A DNA stretch of 64,000 bases from an uncultured Actinomycetes bacterium (GTDB taxonomy: Bacteria; Actinomycetota; UBA4738; HRBIN12): the NCBI GenBank assembly GCA_963704725.1, contig OY969934.1, positions 3,040,001 through 3,104,000 on the forward strand, in the 5' to 3' direction. Position 1 is the stretch's first letter, and every line of letters starts with the position of its first letter. The position numbers were made by a program, and so were the translations under genes. Under the pieces are notes generated by a model that made no database searches, had not been told where the DNA came from, and was given only the letters and a program-made list of their open reading frames with translations. This document shows, piece by piece, positions 1 through 10,295 of the stretch.

Positions 1-1
1 C

Positions 2-184
2 CTGTACGGAGCCACCGCGGTCGTGCTGGGCGGATGGTTCGTGTGGCGGGCGCTCCGGCTGTGGCGGAGCGCCTCACCGGCCGAGCCGATCCGGCTGTTC
101 CGGTACTCGATCGTGTACCTCTCGCTGCTGTTCGCCGCGGTGGCCGTGGACGCCCTGCTCCCCGCGGGCCGGCTGCTCGCCTAG
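2..184 (+). CDS. ctaB: Heme O synthase (protoheme IX farnesyltransferase), C-terminal part; gene starts before the window
   Basis: Frame 2 reads LYGATAVVLGGWFVW...RLFRYSIVYLSLLFAAVAVD, a typical CtaB/CyoE C-terminus; TAG at 182-184; next to the oxidase operon. Confidence 0.85.
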   Translation: MYGATAVVLGGWFVWRALRLWRSASPAEPIRLFRYSIVYLSLLFAAVAVDALLPAGRLLA

Positions 185-1125
185 CCCGAGGCGCCCGACG
201 GGCCCGAGCCGCCCGATCCGCCGCCGACCACGACCGCGCCGTTCATCGTGGGATGGACGTCGCACTGGAAGTAGTACTGGCCCGCCGGCAGGGGTGGGAT
301 CGCGTACCGCGCCGTGTCCGGCCCCGTGACGAGGTCGCCCTGGAACAGCCGCTCCCCGAGGTTCGAGTCCGAGTAGATCGAGATGTTGTGCTGCGTGGCG
401 GGGTCGCGGTTGTCGAACGTGATCGTGGTGGGCGCGTCCGCCGGCAGCTCGATGCGGTCGGTGTCGAACGCGATGTTCTGCGCGGTGACCGTGATGCCAC
501 CGCCGCCTCCTCCGCCCCCGGCGGTCGCCTCGATCTGGCCGGTCATGTTGGGGTGGACGACGCATCGGAAGTAATAGGTGCCGGCATCGAGCGCGCCGAC
601 GGCGTAGTCGGCCTTCGCCGGCCCCGTGATGAGCTCGCCGTCGAACAGCGGGGTGCCCGAGAAGTCCGGGTTGTCGAAGATCTGGACGTTGTGCTGCGTG
701 GCGGGGTCGCGGTTGTCGAACGCGATCGTGAACGGCTGCCCGGCGGGAACGGACAGGCTCGTCTGCTGGAACGCGATGTTCTGCGCGACGAGCGGGATCC
801 CGGCCCCCGGCCCCGGGCCGCCCCCGGGATGCTCCTCGCCGCCGGCGAGCACGGCGAGCGCGATGCCACCGGCGAGCATGGCGATCCCGGCCGTCGCGCC
901 GGCCATCGCCGCGATCGTCGAGCCCCGCACCTGCGGGCGGGCGGCGGCGAGCGACGCCACCAGGACGATGCCGCCCGCCACGACGGTCGCCACGGTCGTC
1001 GCGCCGGTGCCGCGCACGCCGAGGAGGACGCGCGAGAAACCCCACAGCGCGAGCGCGACCACGGCCAGGATCCCGATCGGCAACAGGATCGGCAGCACGA
1101 GCCGGTCTCGGGTGGTTGGCCTCAT
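181..1125 (-). CDS. Membrane-anchored protein with two tandem cupredoxin (type-1 Cu) domains
   Basis: About 3 N-terminal TM helices, then two near-identical domains QHN...YYFxCxVHPxM joined by a Gly linker; ATG overlaps the ctaG stop. Confidence 0.85.
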   Translation of the reverse strand: MRPTTRDRLVLPILLPIGILAVVALALWGFSRVLLGVRGTGATTVATVVAGGIVLVASLAAARPQVRGSTIAAMAGATAGIAMLAGGIALAVLAGGEEHPGGGPGPGAGIPLVAQNIAFQQTSLSVPAGQPFTIAFDNRDPATQHNVQIFDNPDFSGTPLFDGELITGPAKADYAVGALDAGTYYFRCVVHPNMTGQIEATAGGGGGGGGITVTAQNIAFDTDRIELPADAPTTITFDNRDPATQHNISIYSDSNLGERLFQGDLVTGPDTARYAIPPLPAGQYYFQCDVHPTMNGAVVVGGGSGGSGPSGASG

Positions 1126-1950
1126 CGCACCACTCTGGTGCGGACGTCGCGTTCGACCTGTCCGAGCGCGAGCGCGTCCCACCCCGTCTGCTCTCGCGCG
1201 TGCCAGTTGAAGAAGATCACGGTGATGAACCCCCACAGGACGAGCCCGCCGACGATCTTCATGATCGAGCCCCGCGATCAGCTGGTCGTCCAGCGCGGAC
1301 AGCCCCCACGTCCGGGGGAACGTCCCGTAGACCGGGTACAGGAGCGTGTGTCCGAACGTGAGGAACGAGGCGGGGATCGTCGGCGCGAGCGACTGCAGGA
1401 ACAGGTACAGCATCTGTCCCGGCGGGGCGAGCGCCGGGCGCTCGGGGAGCGGGGACAGCACCGGCCACCACATCACGATGGCCGAGCCGAAGATGAGGAC
1501 GTGGAGCCCGAAGTGGACCCACTCCGACCCGACCGAGGCGTCGACGACCTCGGGCCAGTGCGTGAACAGCAGCAGGCCGTTGAACACGACGAGCGCCACG
1601 ACCGGCCGCGTGAGGAAGCCGAAGACGGCGCCGACCGGCTTGGGACGGAGCAGGCCGCGCCACATCCACGACGGCATCCCGGCCAGCACGAGGGGGGCGC
1701 CGGCCAACGTGAAGAGCATGTGCTGCACCATGTGGACCGAGTACAGGGAGCGCTCGGCCAGGTCGTGGATGGGCCAGTCGGCCCCGACCCACAGGACCGC
1801 CAGGCCGCACGAGAACAGCGCCGTCCGCCGCCGGCGCTCGTCCCGCTCGACCGGCGCGGTCGGGACGTGGTGGCGGACCTCGCTCAGGTACAGGAGCCAG
1901 ATCCCGCCGAGGAGCAGCCACACGGACGGATGGGGGTGCCAGGGGGGCAT
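1122..1950 (-). CDS. ctaG: Cytochrome caa3 assembly factor CtaG, with a +1 frameshift near 1266 (probable sequencing error)
   Basis: WPIHDLAERSLYSVHMVQHM and DDQLIAGL; removing one base restores IMKIVGG...RVVR* ending at an ATGA overlap. Confidence 0.8.
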
Positions 1951-1955
1951 GCCCG

Positions 1956-2303
1956 CTACCTCGCGAAGGTCCGGAAGATCATCAGGACGACCAGGAACAG
2001 CGTGACCGCTCCCGCTAGGCCCATCATGAAGAACCGCGAGTAGGTCCGGCTGTCGAACCGCAGGTGCATGAACCACAGGACGACGAGCGAGAACTTGATC
2101 AGCGCGAACACGAACAGGAGCGGGATGAGCAGCCCGTGCTCGCGCACCCAGTCGACGTAGTAGATCGCGATCTCCGCCGCGGTGATGGCGCCGAGGACGA
2201 GCGCGATCCGGATGTACTCCCTCGGGCCGGGATGACGCGTGTGGCCCCGCGGGAGCGGCGCGACCGCCTCGACGGGCTCGACCCGGGTTCGCTCCGTCGC
2301 CAT
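1956..2303 (-). CDS. ctaF: Cytochrome c oxidase subunit IV
   Basis: 3 TM helices, KFSLVVLWFMHL motif; follows subunit III. Confidence 0.8.
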   Translation of the reverse strand: MATERTRVEPVEAVAPLPRGHTRHPGPREYIRIALVLGAITAAEIAIYYVDWVREHGLLIPLLFVFALIKFSLVVLWFMHLRFDSRTYSRFFMMGLAGAVTLFLVVLMIFRTFAR

Positions 2304-2932
2304 CAGCCCGGTCCGTTCCCCGTCGGGATCAGGTAGACGACCGTGAAGATGACGATCCACACGATGTCGACGAAGTGCCAGTACAGCCCGACGAGCTCGA
2401 CGGCCTGCGCGCGGTCGGGGCCGAGACGCCCGGCGAGCGAGAGCGACAGCAACGTGAGGAGCATGAGGATGCCCACCGCCACGTGCGTCCCGTGGAACCC
2501 GGTGAGGACGTAGAAGGAGGTCCCGAACACGTTCTGCTTGAGCGTCAGGCCCTCGCGGACGAACGACGTGAACTCGTAGACCTGCCCGCCGATGAACGTC
2601 ATCCCCAGCATCGCCGTCGCCAGGAGCCACACGCGCGAGCGCGCCACGTCACCCTTCTGGATCGCGGCCAGCGCCAGCACCATGGTGAGCGAGCTCGCCA
2701 GCAGGACGAAGGAGGAGACGGACGTGTACGGGATGTCGAAGACGTCGTTCGGGTAGGGCCCGGTGACGCTCGCGCCCCGGTAGAGCACATACGTCGAGAT
2801 GAGCGCGCCGAACAGGAGACAGTCCGACGCCAGGAACAGCCAGATGGCCAGCTTCGTGTTCGGCAGGCCCGTGCTCGTCGCGTGCTCCTCGACGACGGGG
2901 GGGCGGATCTCGGCGTGCTCGGCGGTGGCCAT
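2303..2932 (-). CDS. ctaE: Cytochrome c oxidase subunit III
   Basis: WLFLASD, LTGFHGTHV, LYWHFVDIVW motifs. Confidence 0.95.
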   Translation of the reverse strand: MATAEHAEIRPPVVEEHATSTGLPNTKLAIWLFLASDCLLFGALISTYVLYRGASVTGPYPNDVFDIPYTSVSSFVLLASSLTMVLALAAIQKGDVARSRVWLLATAMLGMTFIGGQVYEFTSFVREGLTLKQNVFGTSFYVLTGFHGTHVAVGILMLLTLLSLSLAGRLGPDRAQAVELVGLYWHFVDIVWIVIFTVVYLIPTGNGPG

Positions 2933-2939
2933 CAGGGGG

Positions 2940-4808
2940 TCACTCCGCGGAGGGCTCCAGGACCCAGCCGTAGAAGCCGGCGAGCAGGACGACGAGCCCC
3001 ACGCCCACGAGCGCCCAGTTGAAGATGAGCCCGTAGCCCACGATCGGCAGCCCCAGGGACGCGATCAGCGGGTAGTACGACGGACCGGGCAGGTGGATGG
3101 CGTGCCCCCCGTGCTCGCCCCCGTGATCGGCCTCGCCCGAGCCCCCCGCCGGCACCGGCACGACCCTGCCCCCGTGGGTCTCGGCGTACTTGCGGTGCCA
3201 GAGCTCGTCGAGGGAGTGCACCACCGGGATCTCGTCGAAGTTGTGCGCCGGCGGGGGTGACGAGGTCAGCCATTCGAGCGTGCGGGCGTCCCACGGGTCG
3301 GCCTCCATCTCCCGCGGCTTGCGGAAGCTCGAGACCGCGTTCACGAGGAACACGAGGACGCTGACGGCGATCAGGAACGCCCCGATGGTCGCCACGAGGT
3401 TCCAGAACGCGAGGCCGAGCGAGGCCGGGTAGCTCTGGATCCGCCGGGGCATGCCCTGGAGGCCGAGCACGTGCATCGGCCCGAACGTCATGTTGAAGCC
3501 GATCAGCATGATCCAGAAGTTCAGCTTGCCGAGGCGCTCGGAGAGCATCCGGCCGAACACCTTCGGCCACCAGTAGTACATGCCGCCGAACAGCCCGAAG
3601 ATCGCCCCGCCGAACAGCACGTAATGGAAGTGGGCGACGATGTAGTACGTGTCGGTCTGCTGGTAGTCGGCCGGCACCACAGCGTGCGAGACCCCGGACA
3701 GCCCGCCGATCACGAACATCGCGATGAAGCCGACGGCGAACAGCATGGGCGTGGCGAATCGGATGTCCCCGCGCCACATCGTGCCCATCCAGTTGAAGAT
3801 CTTCACCCCCGTGGGCACCGCGATGATCATCGTCGAGATCCCGAACGCCGTGTTCGCGATGGGCCCCAGCCCCACCGCGAACATGTGGTGGGCCCACACG
3901 CCGAAGCCGATGAACCCGATGGCGATCCCGCTGAACACGACGAACTGGTAGCCGAACAGCGGCTTGCGCGAGAACACCGGCAGGATCTCGGAGACGATGC
4001 CCATCGCCGGCAGGACGAGGATGTAGACCTCGGGGTGCGCGAACAGCCAGAACAGATGCTGCCACAGCACGGGCGAGCCCCCGGCCGCCGGGTCGAAGAA
4101 GTGCGTGCCGAACCGCCGGTCGAAGAAGAGCTCGACGAGCCCGATCGTCACGATCGGGAGCGAGAACGCGAGCAGCAGCTGGACGACGAGCCCCATCCAG
4201 ACGAACACCGGCAGCCGGAACAGCGTCATCCCGGGGGCGCGCATGTTCAGGATCGTGACGGCCAGGTTGATCGCCGAGACGGTGGACGCGATCCCCGCGA
4301 TCAGCAGGCCGAGCGCGTAGAAGGTCATCCCCCGCGTCGGATCGAGCACCGAGTTCGGCGGGTAGCCGAACCAGCCGCCGTTGGGGGCGCCGCCGAGGAA
4401 CCAGCTCGAGTAGATGAAGATGCCGGCCGCGAGGAACGCCCAGTAGCTGAAGGCGTTCAGCCTGGGGAAGGCCACGTCCCGGGCCCCGATCATGAGCGGG
4501 ATGAAGTAGTTGAAGAACGCGGCCGACAGCGGCATGACCACGAGGAACACCATCGTCACGCCGTGCATCGTGAACAGCTCGTTGAAGACCGCCGGCTTCA
4601 CGATGTTCTGGTCCGGCCGGGCGAGCTGCACGCGGATCAGGAGCGCCTCGGACCCGCCGACCAGGAAGAACATGAAGGACGTGACCCCGTAGAGGATCCC
4701 GATCTTCTTGTGATCCACCGTCGTGATCCACGACCAGAAGCCCGAGGTCGCCGAGGGGCGCCGGAGCAGGCCGCGGGGTCGGTCCACAGGAACGCTCACA
4801 CTCGCCAT
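2940..4808 (-). CDS. ctaD: Cytochrome c oxidase subunit I (A1 type)
   Basis: TTVDHKKIG, HPEVY, WAHHM, VAHFHY. Confidence 0.97.
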   Translation of the reverse strand: MASVSVPVDRPRGLLRRPSATSGFWSWITTVDHKKIGILYGVTSFMFFLVGGSEALLIRVQLARPDQNIVKPAVFNELFTMHGVTMVFLVVMPLSAAFFNYFIPLMIGARDVAFPRLNAFSYWAFLAAGIFIYSSWFLGGAPNGGWFGYPPNSVLDPTRGMTFYALGLLIAGIASTVSAINLAVTILNMRAPGMTLFRLPVFVWMGLVVQLLLAFSLPIVTIGLVELFFDRRFGTHFFDPAAGGSPVLWQHLFWLFAHPEVYILVLPAMGIVSEILPVFSRKPLFGYQFVVFSGIAIGFIGFGVWAHHMFAVGLGPIANTAFGISTMIIAVPTGVKIFNWMGTMWRGDIRFATPMLFAVGFIAMFVIGGLSGVSHAVVPADYQQTDTYYIVAHFHYVLFGGAIFGLFGGMYYWWPKVFGRMLSERLGKLNFWIMLIGFNMTFGPMHVLGLQGMPRRIQSYPASLGLAFWNLVATIGAFLIAVSVLVFLVNAVSSFRKPREMEADPWDARTLEWLTSSPPPAHNFDEIPVVHSLDELWHRKYAETHGGRVVPVPAGGSGEADHGGEHGGHAIHLPGPSYYPLIASLGLPIVGYGLIFNWALVGVGLVVLLAGFYGWVLEPSAE

Positions 4809-4824
4809 GGCTCTCCCATCACCC

Positions 4825-5946
4825 TCATCGCAGCGTGTTCAGGAACGCGATCAGGTTGTCGATCTGGTCCGGGGTGAGCGCAGGGTTCAGCACCATCCAC
4901 GATCCCGCCTCCACTGCCTGCGGGTTCCGCAGCCAGCGCTCGAGGTTCGCGTCGTTCACGGGCATCGTGCAGCCCCGGAAGCATCCCCGGCTCATCAGGT
5001 GCGTGAGGTTCGGCGCGCTGTTGGATCCCACCACGTCCTTGCCGTTCTCGTCCTTCAGGCCGTTCACCGTATGGCACGCCGTGCACCGGCTGACGAAGAT
5101 CTGCGCTCCGTCCGCGGCGGGCCCGCCCGCCTCCGGCGTCGCGGCGGCGGCCTGCTGGTCCCGGACCCATTGCTCGAACTCCTGCGGCGTCTGGGCCACG
5201 ACCTGGAACTTCATGTACGCGTGCGAAAGGCCGCAGAACTCCTTGCACTGCCCGGTGTAGATGCCCGGCTGGTCGGCCTCGAGCCACAGGTGGTTCGTCT
5301 GGCCGGGCACGACGTCCTGCGTCCCCGCCAGCTCGGGCACCCAGAAGGAGTGGACGACGGCGTCCCCAACCGCAGCCTCCTGCGGCCCCTGCGGCGCGCC
5401 CGGCTGGCACTCGCTGGGCGAGGGCTGCTGCTGCTCCGGGGTCCCGGCCAGCCCGACGGCGCACAGGGTGAGGTACACGGGCCGGCCGGTCGGGATGTGC
5501 AGCTCGTTCGCCGTGGTGAAGTCCTGGTCGCGATAGCTGAACTCCCACCACCATTGGTGGCCGAGCACGTCGATCCGCATCGTCCCCGGGCTCGGGTCGC
5601 GGGCCAGGTCGAAGATCGTGGCCACCGTCGGGACGGCCACGCCGGCCAGGATCACCGCCGGCAGGATCGTCCACGCGATCTCGAGCCGCGTGTTGCCGTG
5701 AATCTGCGGCGGGATGCCCTCGCGCCCCTTGCGATGGCGATACCGGAAGACGAACACGAGCAGCATGCCCTCGACGAGCACGAAGACCCCGGCCGCGATC
5801 CAGAACACGGGGACGAACAGGTCGTAGGACTTGCGCGCGAACTCGCCCGCCGGCTTCAGGGAATCCTGCGTGGCGTTCGGAGCGCAGGCGGCGCCGACCG
5901 CGGCCAGGGCCACCAGGCCGACGGCCAGCAACGTCTTCCTTCGCAC
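4825..5946 (-). CDS. ctaC: Cytochrome c oxidase subunit II with fused cytochrome c (caa3 type), lipoprotein
   Basis: Lipobox GAAC, GHQWWW, CuA motif CKEFCGLSHAYM, C-terminal CTACH. Confidence 0.93.
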   Translation of the reverse strand: MRRKTLLAVGLVALAAVGAACAPNATQDSLKPAGEFARKSYDLFVPVFWIAAGVFVLVEGMLLVFVFRYRHRKGREGIPPQIHGNTRLEIAWTILPAVILAGVAVPTVATIFDLARDPSPGTMRIDVLGHQWWWEFSYRDQDFTTANELHIPTGRPVYLTLCAVGLAGTPEQQQPSPSECQPGAPQGPQEAAVGDAVVHSFWVPELAGTQDVVPGQTNHLWLEADQPGIYTGQCKEFCGLSHAYMKFQVVAQTPQEFEQWVRDQQAAAATPEAGGPAADGAQIFVSRCTACHTVNGLKDENGKDVVGSNSAPNLTHLMSRGCFRGCTMPVNDANLERWLRNPQAVEAGSWMVLNPALTPDQIDNLIAFLNTLR

Positions 5947-6103
5947 CTTCCCCGGACCCCTCCGCGCCGATCTCAGCCGGGCAGGAAACCCGCGCACTGT
6001 AGCACCGTTCAACCGGACGCCCGGCCCGAGAGCCACCACCAGCTACCCGTACCACTCGCGCGGGGCGACCAACCATCGGCGAAGCGTGGATGTCGACGGC
6101 GGA

Positions 6104-6841
6104 TCAGATCGGCGGGTTGAAGTCGCTGATGGCGCGCAGGACCGGACCGAGCAGGCGGGTCCAAAGGTCGGTCACGACCAGGACCCCGATCGCGATCATG
6201 ACGACGCCCGAGACTCCGGCGAACCAGTGGTAGTTGCGTTTCACGAACGACAGCGCCCCCATGAGACGCCGTAGGCCGAGCCCCACGAGCAGGAACGGGA
6301 GCCCCAGCCCGGCCGAGTAGGCCAGCAGGAGCAGGGCGCCTCGGAGCGAGCCCCCCTGCGCGGCCGCGATCGTCAGGACCCCAGCCAGGACGGGACCGAT
6401 GCACGGCGTCCACCCGGCCCCGAACGCGACGCCGAGCGGGAACGCCCAGACCGGCCCCGGGCGGACCCGCTGCAGCAGCGGCCTCCGCTCCGTGAACAGG
6501 GAGGGCGAGCCGAGGCGCAGCGCGTACAGGAGCATCAGCACGCCGAACGCGATGATGACCGCCCCGGAGATCCGGACGCCGGCGGACGACTTGAGGATGC
6601 GGGTCATCGCGCCGGTGAAGGCGCCGAGCGCGGTGAACACCGCGGCGAAGCCTCCGATGAACAGGAGGATGGGCACCGTGGGCCGGCGCACCTGCTGCGC
6701 CTCGCCGCCCGCCACGAAGGACAGATATCCGGGGACGAGCGGGAAGACGCAGGGCGAGGCGAACGAGACGACCCCCGCCGCGAACGCCAGCAGCGGCGCC
6801 CACCACGAGGCCAGACCCTCCTGGACGAAACCCGCCAGCAC
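6104..6841 (-). CDS. ccdA: Cytochrome c biogenesis protein CcdA
   Basis: SFASPCVFPLVPGY and GWTPCIGP motifs. Confidence 0.93.
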   Translation of the reverse strand: MLAGFVQEGLASWWAPLLAFAAGVVSFASPCVFPLVPGYLSFVAGGEAQQVRRPTVPILLFIGGFAAVFTALGAFTGAMTRILKSSAGVRISGAVIIAFGVLMLLYALRLGSPSLFTERRPLLQRVRPGPVWAFPLGVAFGAGWTPCIGPVLAGVLTIAAAQGGSLRGALLLLAYSAGLGLPFLLVGLGLRRLMGALSFVKRNYHWFAGVSGVVMIAIGVLVVTDLWTRLLGPVLRAISDFNPPI

Positions 6842-6932
6842 GGCGGCAGTCTAGGGTCGGGCGTGCGTCGGGACGGATCGGCGTCCGGGGTTGCGGTGAT
6901 CGCCGCACCTTGCGATAGTGGGCGCTTCTTGC

Positions 6933-6950
6933 TTGTGAAGGTTTTCACGA
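6933..6950. promoter_or_regulatory. Rex operator
   Basis: TTGTGAA-GGTT-TTCACGA, one mismatch to TTGTGAA-N4-TTCACAA; between the divergent ccdA/cox and Rieske-cytb operons; TAGAAT -10 at 6998-7003. Confidence 0.85.
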
Positions 6951-7067
6951 GCCGGAGCGGCGGGTACGCCGTCCTCGGGGCCAACGAGGTCGGTGTGTAG
7001 AATCCGGCGGCGAGAACGGGGCGACGACGAACCAGGGAGCTGCGATCCGCGACATGGTGGGGTTCGC

Positions 7068-7418
7068 GTGAGGGTTCCGCAGGGGCTCGTGAAGCTGAAG
7101 GAGCGGGCCGAGCCGATCGTCAAGGGCTTCGAGTGGACCTGGACGAAGGCCGTGGTGTTCTCGGTCGGGTTCGCCTTCTTCTGTGTGATCTCGATGGCCG
7201 TGATCCCCTCGTTCTGGCTGTACTTCGCGGAGCAGAAGCTCGGCTGGGGGGGCCTGTCGGGGACCTCGAACTGGCGCCCGCTCGCCCGCGACTTCATCGC
7301 CGCCAACCTGGCGACGGGCCCGTTCGTGACCGTCGTGGTGATCGCGGCGATCATGCAGAACTGGCGCCGGAAGCTCCGGGGGGCCTCCGCGGATCGACCG
7401 ACCGGCGGATACCGGTGA
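7068..7418 (+). CDS. Small 2-TM membrane protein, first gene of the Rieske/cytb operon (start uncertain)
   Basis: Two hydrophobic segments, host-like codon usage, operon position. Confidence 0.7.
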   Translation: MRVPQGLVKLKERAEPIVKGFEWTWTKAVVFSVGFAFFCVISMAVIPSFWLYFAEQKLGWGGLSGTSNWRPLARDFIAANLATGPFVTVVVIAAIMQNWRRKLRGASADRPTGGYR

Positions 7419-7438
7419 GGCTCGGGGTGGGGGTGTAG

Positions 7439-7837
7439 ATGCCGTTCACGAAGACCGAGGTGGACGTCCACACCGACTACGTGGTCGAGGCCGTGGACCC
7501 GTCGTGGCTGGCCAAGGGCGTGAAGTCGCCCAAGCACCTCATGCTCGACCCCGACAACTGCATCCTGTGCCGCGCGTGCGAGGACGTCTGCCCCTGGAAC
7601 TGCATCTACATGATGTCCACGGGCATCGTCCGGGACGCGGCGGACGACGCCGTGGAGGCGGAGATCGACCAGGCCTACTCGGTGTTCGTCGTCGACGACA
7701 ACGCCTGCACGCGGTGCTCGGTGTGCGTGGACCGATGCCCCACCGACACGCTGTACTATGCGCGGCTGCCCGAGGCCTCGGGCGGGCAGCGCACGATGGC
7801 GGCCGTTCCCGAGTCGCAACGGGCCGAGGCCGAGTAG
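7439..7837 (+). CDS. 2x[4Fe-4S] ferredoxin
   Basis: [12 protein letters not shown] and [12 protein letters not shown]. Confidence 0.95.
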   Translation: MPFTKTEVDVHTDYVVEAVDPSWLAKGVKSPKHLMLDPDNCILCRACEDVCPWNCIYMMSTGIVRDAADDAVEAEIDQAYSVFVVDDNACTRCSVCVDRCPTDTLYYARLPEASGGQRTMAAVPESQRAEAE

Positions 7838-7863
7838 CGGCCGGGACAAGGAGAAGGAGTCGG

Positions 7864-8634
7864 GTGAAGCTCAAGCCGCCCTCGCCCAGCGAGGTGCTGG
7901 ACCGGGTCCGCGAGACCGAGGCCTGGAAGTCGATCTTCCGGCCCGGCTCGATCTTCCGCAAGGGCTACAAGGACACGTCGCGCGACCGTGCGCTCGCGAC
8001 GATGAACAACGTCCTGTACCACCTGCACCCGGTCAAGATGAAGCGGCACGGGCTGAAGCTGACCTACACGTTCTGCCTGGGCGGCCTGTCCTTCTTCCTG
8101 TTCATCCTGCTCACGGTCACGGGCATCTTCCTCATGTTCTTCTACCGGCCGGCTGCCGAGCTCGGCGCCGCGCAGGCCTACTCGGACATGCAGAACATCC
8201 GGACGTCGGTCTTCTTCGGCGACCTGGTACGCAACCTGCATCGGTGGGGAGCGCACCTCATGGTGCTCAGCGTCACGCTGCACATGGCCCGCGTGTTCTA
8301 CACCGGGTCGTACAAGCCGCCTCGGGAGTTCAACTGGGTGGTCGGGGTCGTGCTCCTGTTCCTCACGCTCGGCCTCTCGTTCACCGGCTACCTGCTCCCG
8401 TGGGACCAGCTCGCGATCTGGGCCGTCACCGTGGGGACCTCGCTCGCCGGCTACTCCCCCCTCATCGCCAAGCAGGCGAACTTCCTTCTGCTGGGCGGGG
8501 TGGTGGTGGGACCGGACACGCTCTTACGGTGGTACGTCTTGCACGTGTTGGCCTTACCGTTCGTCCTGGTGATCTTCCTCGCCGTGCACTTCTGGAGGAT
8601 CCGCAAGGACGGCGGCATCTCGGGACCGCTGTAA
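7864..8634 (+). CDS. qcrB: Cytochrome b, short b6/Bacillus QcrB type
   Basis: [27 protein letters not shown]-terminus [11 protein letters not shown]; RBS AAGGAG before GTG. Confidence 0.93.
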   Translation: MKLKPPSPSEVLDRVRETEAWKSIFRPGSIFRKGYKDTSRDRALATMNNVLYHLHPVKMKRHGLKLTYTFCLGGLSFFLFILLTVTGIFLMFFYRPAAELGAAQAYSDMQNIRTSVFFGDLVRNLHRWGAHLMVLSVTLHMARVFYTGSYKPPREFNWVVGVVLLFLTLGLSFTGYLLPWDQLAIWAVTVGTSLAGYSPLIAKQANFLLLGGVVVGPDTLLRWYVLHVLALPFVLVIFLAVHFWRIRKDGGISGPL

Positions 8635-8643
8635 GAGGGGGAC

Positions 8644-9561
8644 ATGGCTCGCGAAGACACGCCGCTGGACCAGGAGACCTTCGACCGGGTCCTGGCCGAG
8701 GAGCTGGGCAAGGGCACCGACCGACGCGTGGCGGAGGGGCGGGCTCGGTCGGCTGCGGTTCGGGCGTTGAAGGCTAAGGAAGGTGGCGGCTCTCCCACAG
8801 CCGCTCCGGCCGCCGCAACGCCGGCTCCGACCGCGCCGGCAGCCGGAGATGGTGGCGCGGCTTCGGGCGGCGCGGAGTCGCCGGCTCCTGCGGCGGCCTC
8901 CGCTCCGGTGGGCCCACCCACGCCCGTACCGGCGGCGGTCGCTCCGGCGGCGGCTGCGGCTGCTCCGGCGCCCGTCGCTGCAGGCGGAGCAACCGCCACG
9001 ATCGCGCCGGCTCGGCAGGCGCCGGCGCCGACGGGGAACGTGCCGGAGGCGAAGAAGGGGGCGCAGGAGAAGCACCGGCTCCTGGCCTTGGTGCCGCCGG
9101 AGGGGATCCAGCGGGTCGAGCGGGAGCAGGGGGACCGGATCAACGTGTGGCCCCACCTGCTGATCGAGGAGTTCGTGGCGATGTTGCTCGTGCTCGTCGC
9201 GCTCGTGATCTTCTCGACGTTCATCAACGCGCCGCTGCGCGAGCTGGCCAACCCCAACCTGACGCCGAACCCGTCGAAGGCGCCCTGGTACTTCCTGGGG
9301 CTCCAGGAGCTGCTGCGCTACTTCCACCCCATGATCGCGGGGGTGCTGTTCGCTCCGACCCTGGTGCTGCTCGCGCTGGCCGTCGTGCCGTATCTCGACC
9401 GCAACCCCAGCACGCGCCCGGGTGATCGCAAGATCGCGATCACGCTGTTCACGATGCTGATGATGTTCGGCGCGACGCTGACGATCATCGGGTCGTTCTT
9501 CCGCGGCACCGGCTACAACTGGGTGTGGCCGTGGGCGCAGGGGGTGTTCTTCGAGCTGTGA
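8644..9561 (+). CDS. Rieske/cytb complex subunit IV (PetD/QcrC-like) with Ala/Pro-rich N-terminal extension
   Basis: [24 protein letters not shown] (PEWY-like), VPYLDRNP. Confidence 0.9.
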   Translation: MAREDTPLDQETFDRVLAEELGKGTDRRVAEGRARSAAVRALKAKEGGGSPTAAPAAATPAPTAPAAGDGGAASGGAESPAPAAASAPVGPPTPVPAAVAPAAAAAAPAPVAAGGATATIAPARQAPAPTGNVPEAKKGAQEKHRLLALVPPEGIQRVEREQGDRINVWPHLLIEEFVAMLLVLVALVIFSTFINAPLRELANPNLTPNPSKAPWYFLGLQELLRYFHPMIAGVLFAPTLVLLALAVVPYLDRNPSTRPGDRKIAITLFTMLMMFGATLTIIGSFFRGTGYNWVWPWAQGVFFEL

Positions 9562-10295
9562 CCGGCGTCCTGGCCATCTCGAGCGGCACCGTCGCGGCGA
9601 TCGTCGTGATCGTGATCTTGGACCTGTTCGCCATCCTCTTCGGGCTGTCCTTCGTCCGCGCCCGCCGCGAGCAGCGCGCCGCCGAGGCCGCGGCCACCGC
9701 GGCCGCGCTGGGACGACCCGCCCCCAAGGCGGCGAAGCCGACGAGCCGGCGCGAGTTCTTCCGGAGGTCGCTCGTGGCGTCCCTCCTGATCTACGGGGCG
9801 CAGTTCGGCGGGGCGACGCTCGCGTTCCTGTGGCCGAGCCTGAAGGGCGGGTTCGGCTCCGTGATCAACGCCGGCAAGGTCGCCGACATCAAGTCGGAGA
9901 TCGACAGCTCGCACCAGCCCTTCTACTCGGGCATCGGACGCTTCTACATCGTCGAGTACGCCGGGCGGCCGAGCGGCGACGTCGACTACGAGGCGGAGGG
10001 ACTCTCGGTCCAGGGCGTCATGCCGCTGTACCAGCGGTGCGTCCACCTGGGCTGCCGGGTCCCGTACTGCGAGCAGTCGCAGTGGTTCGAGTGTCCCTGC
10101 CACGGATCGAAGTACAACACCGCCGGGGAGTACAAGCTCGGGCCGGCGCCCCGGGGCATGGACCGCTTCCACGTCGAGGTCACCTCGGCCGGCGACGTCA
10201 TGGTCGACACGTCGGAGGTCGTCCTCGGCCCGCCGCGCGGGACCGACACGCTCCACCGTCCCCAGGCCGGCCCCTTCTGCGTGGCGCCGGGATGA
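9558..10295 (+). CDS. qcrA: Rieske 2Fe-2S subunit
   Basis: CVHLGC and CPCHGS; Tat-like SRREFF after an extra N-terminal TM. Confidence 0.93.
   Translation: MTGVLAISSGTVAAIVVIVILDLFAILFGLSFVRARREQRAAEAAATAAALGRPAPKAAKPTSRREFFRRSLVASLLIYGAQFGGATLAFLWPSLKGGFGSVINAGKVADIKSEIDSSHQPFYSGIGRFYIVEYAGRPSGDVDYEAEGLSVQGVMPLYQRCVHLGCRVPYCEQSQWFECPCHGSKYNTAGEYKLGPAPRGMDRFHVEVTSAGDVMVDTSEVVLGPPRGTDTLHRPQAGPFCVAPG

Noticed and set aside
190-800. Direct repeat of about 300 bp
   Set aside because: Explained by the intragenic cupredoxin domain duplication
181-2076. 631-aa CtaG-cupredoxin fusion in the ORF track
   Set aside because: One extra base near 1266 explains it; the corrected ctaG ends at an ATGA overlap with a separate cupredoxin gene
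8780-9040. Low-complexity GCTCCG-rich repeats
   Set aside because: They encode the Ala/Pro linker of subunit IV and are not a separate DNA element
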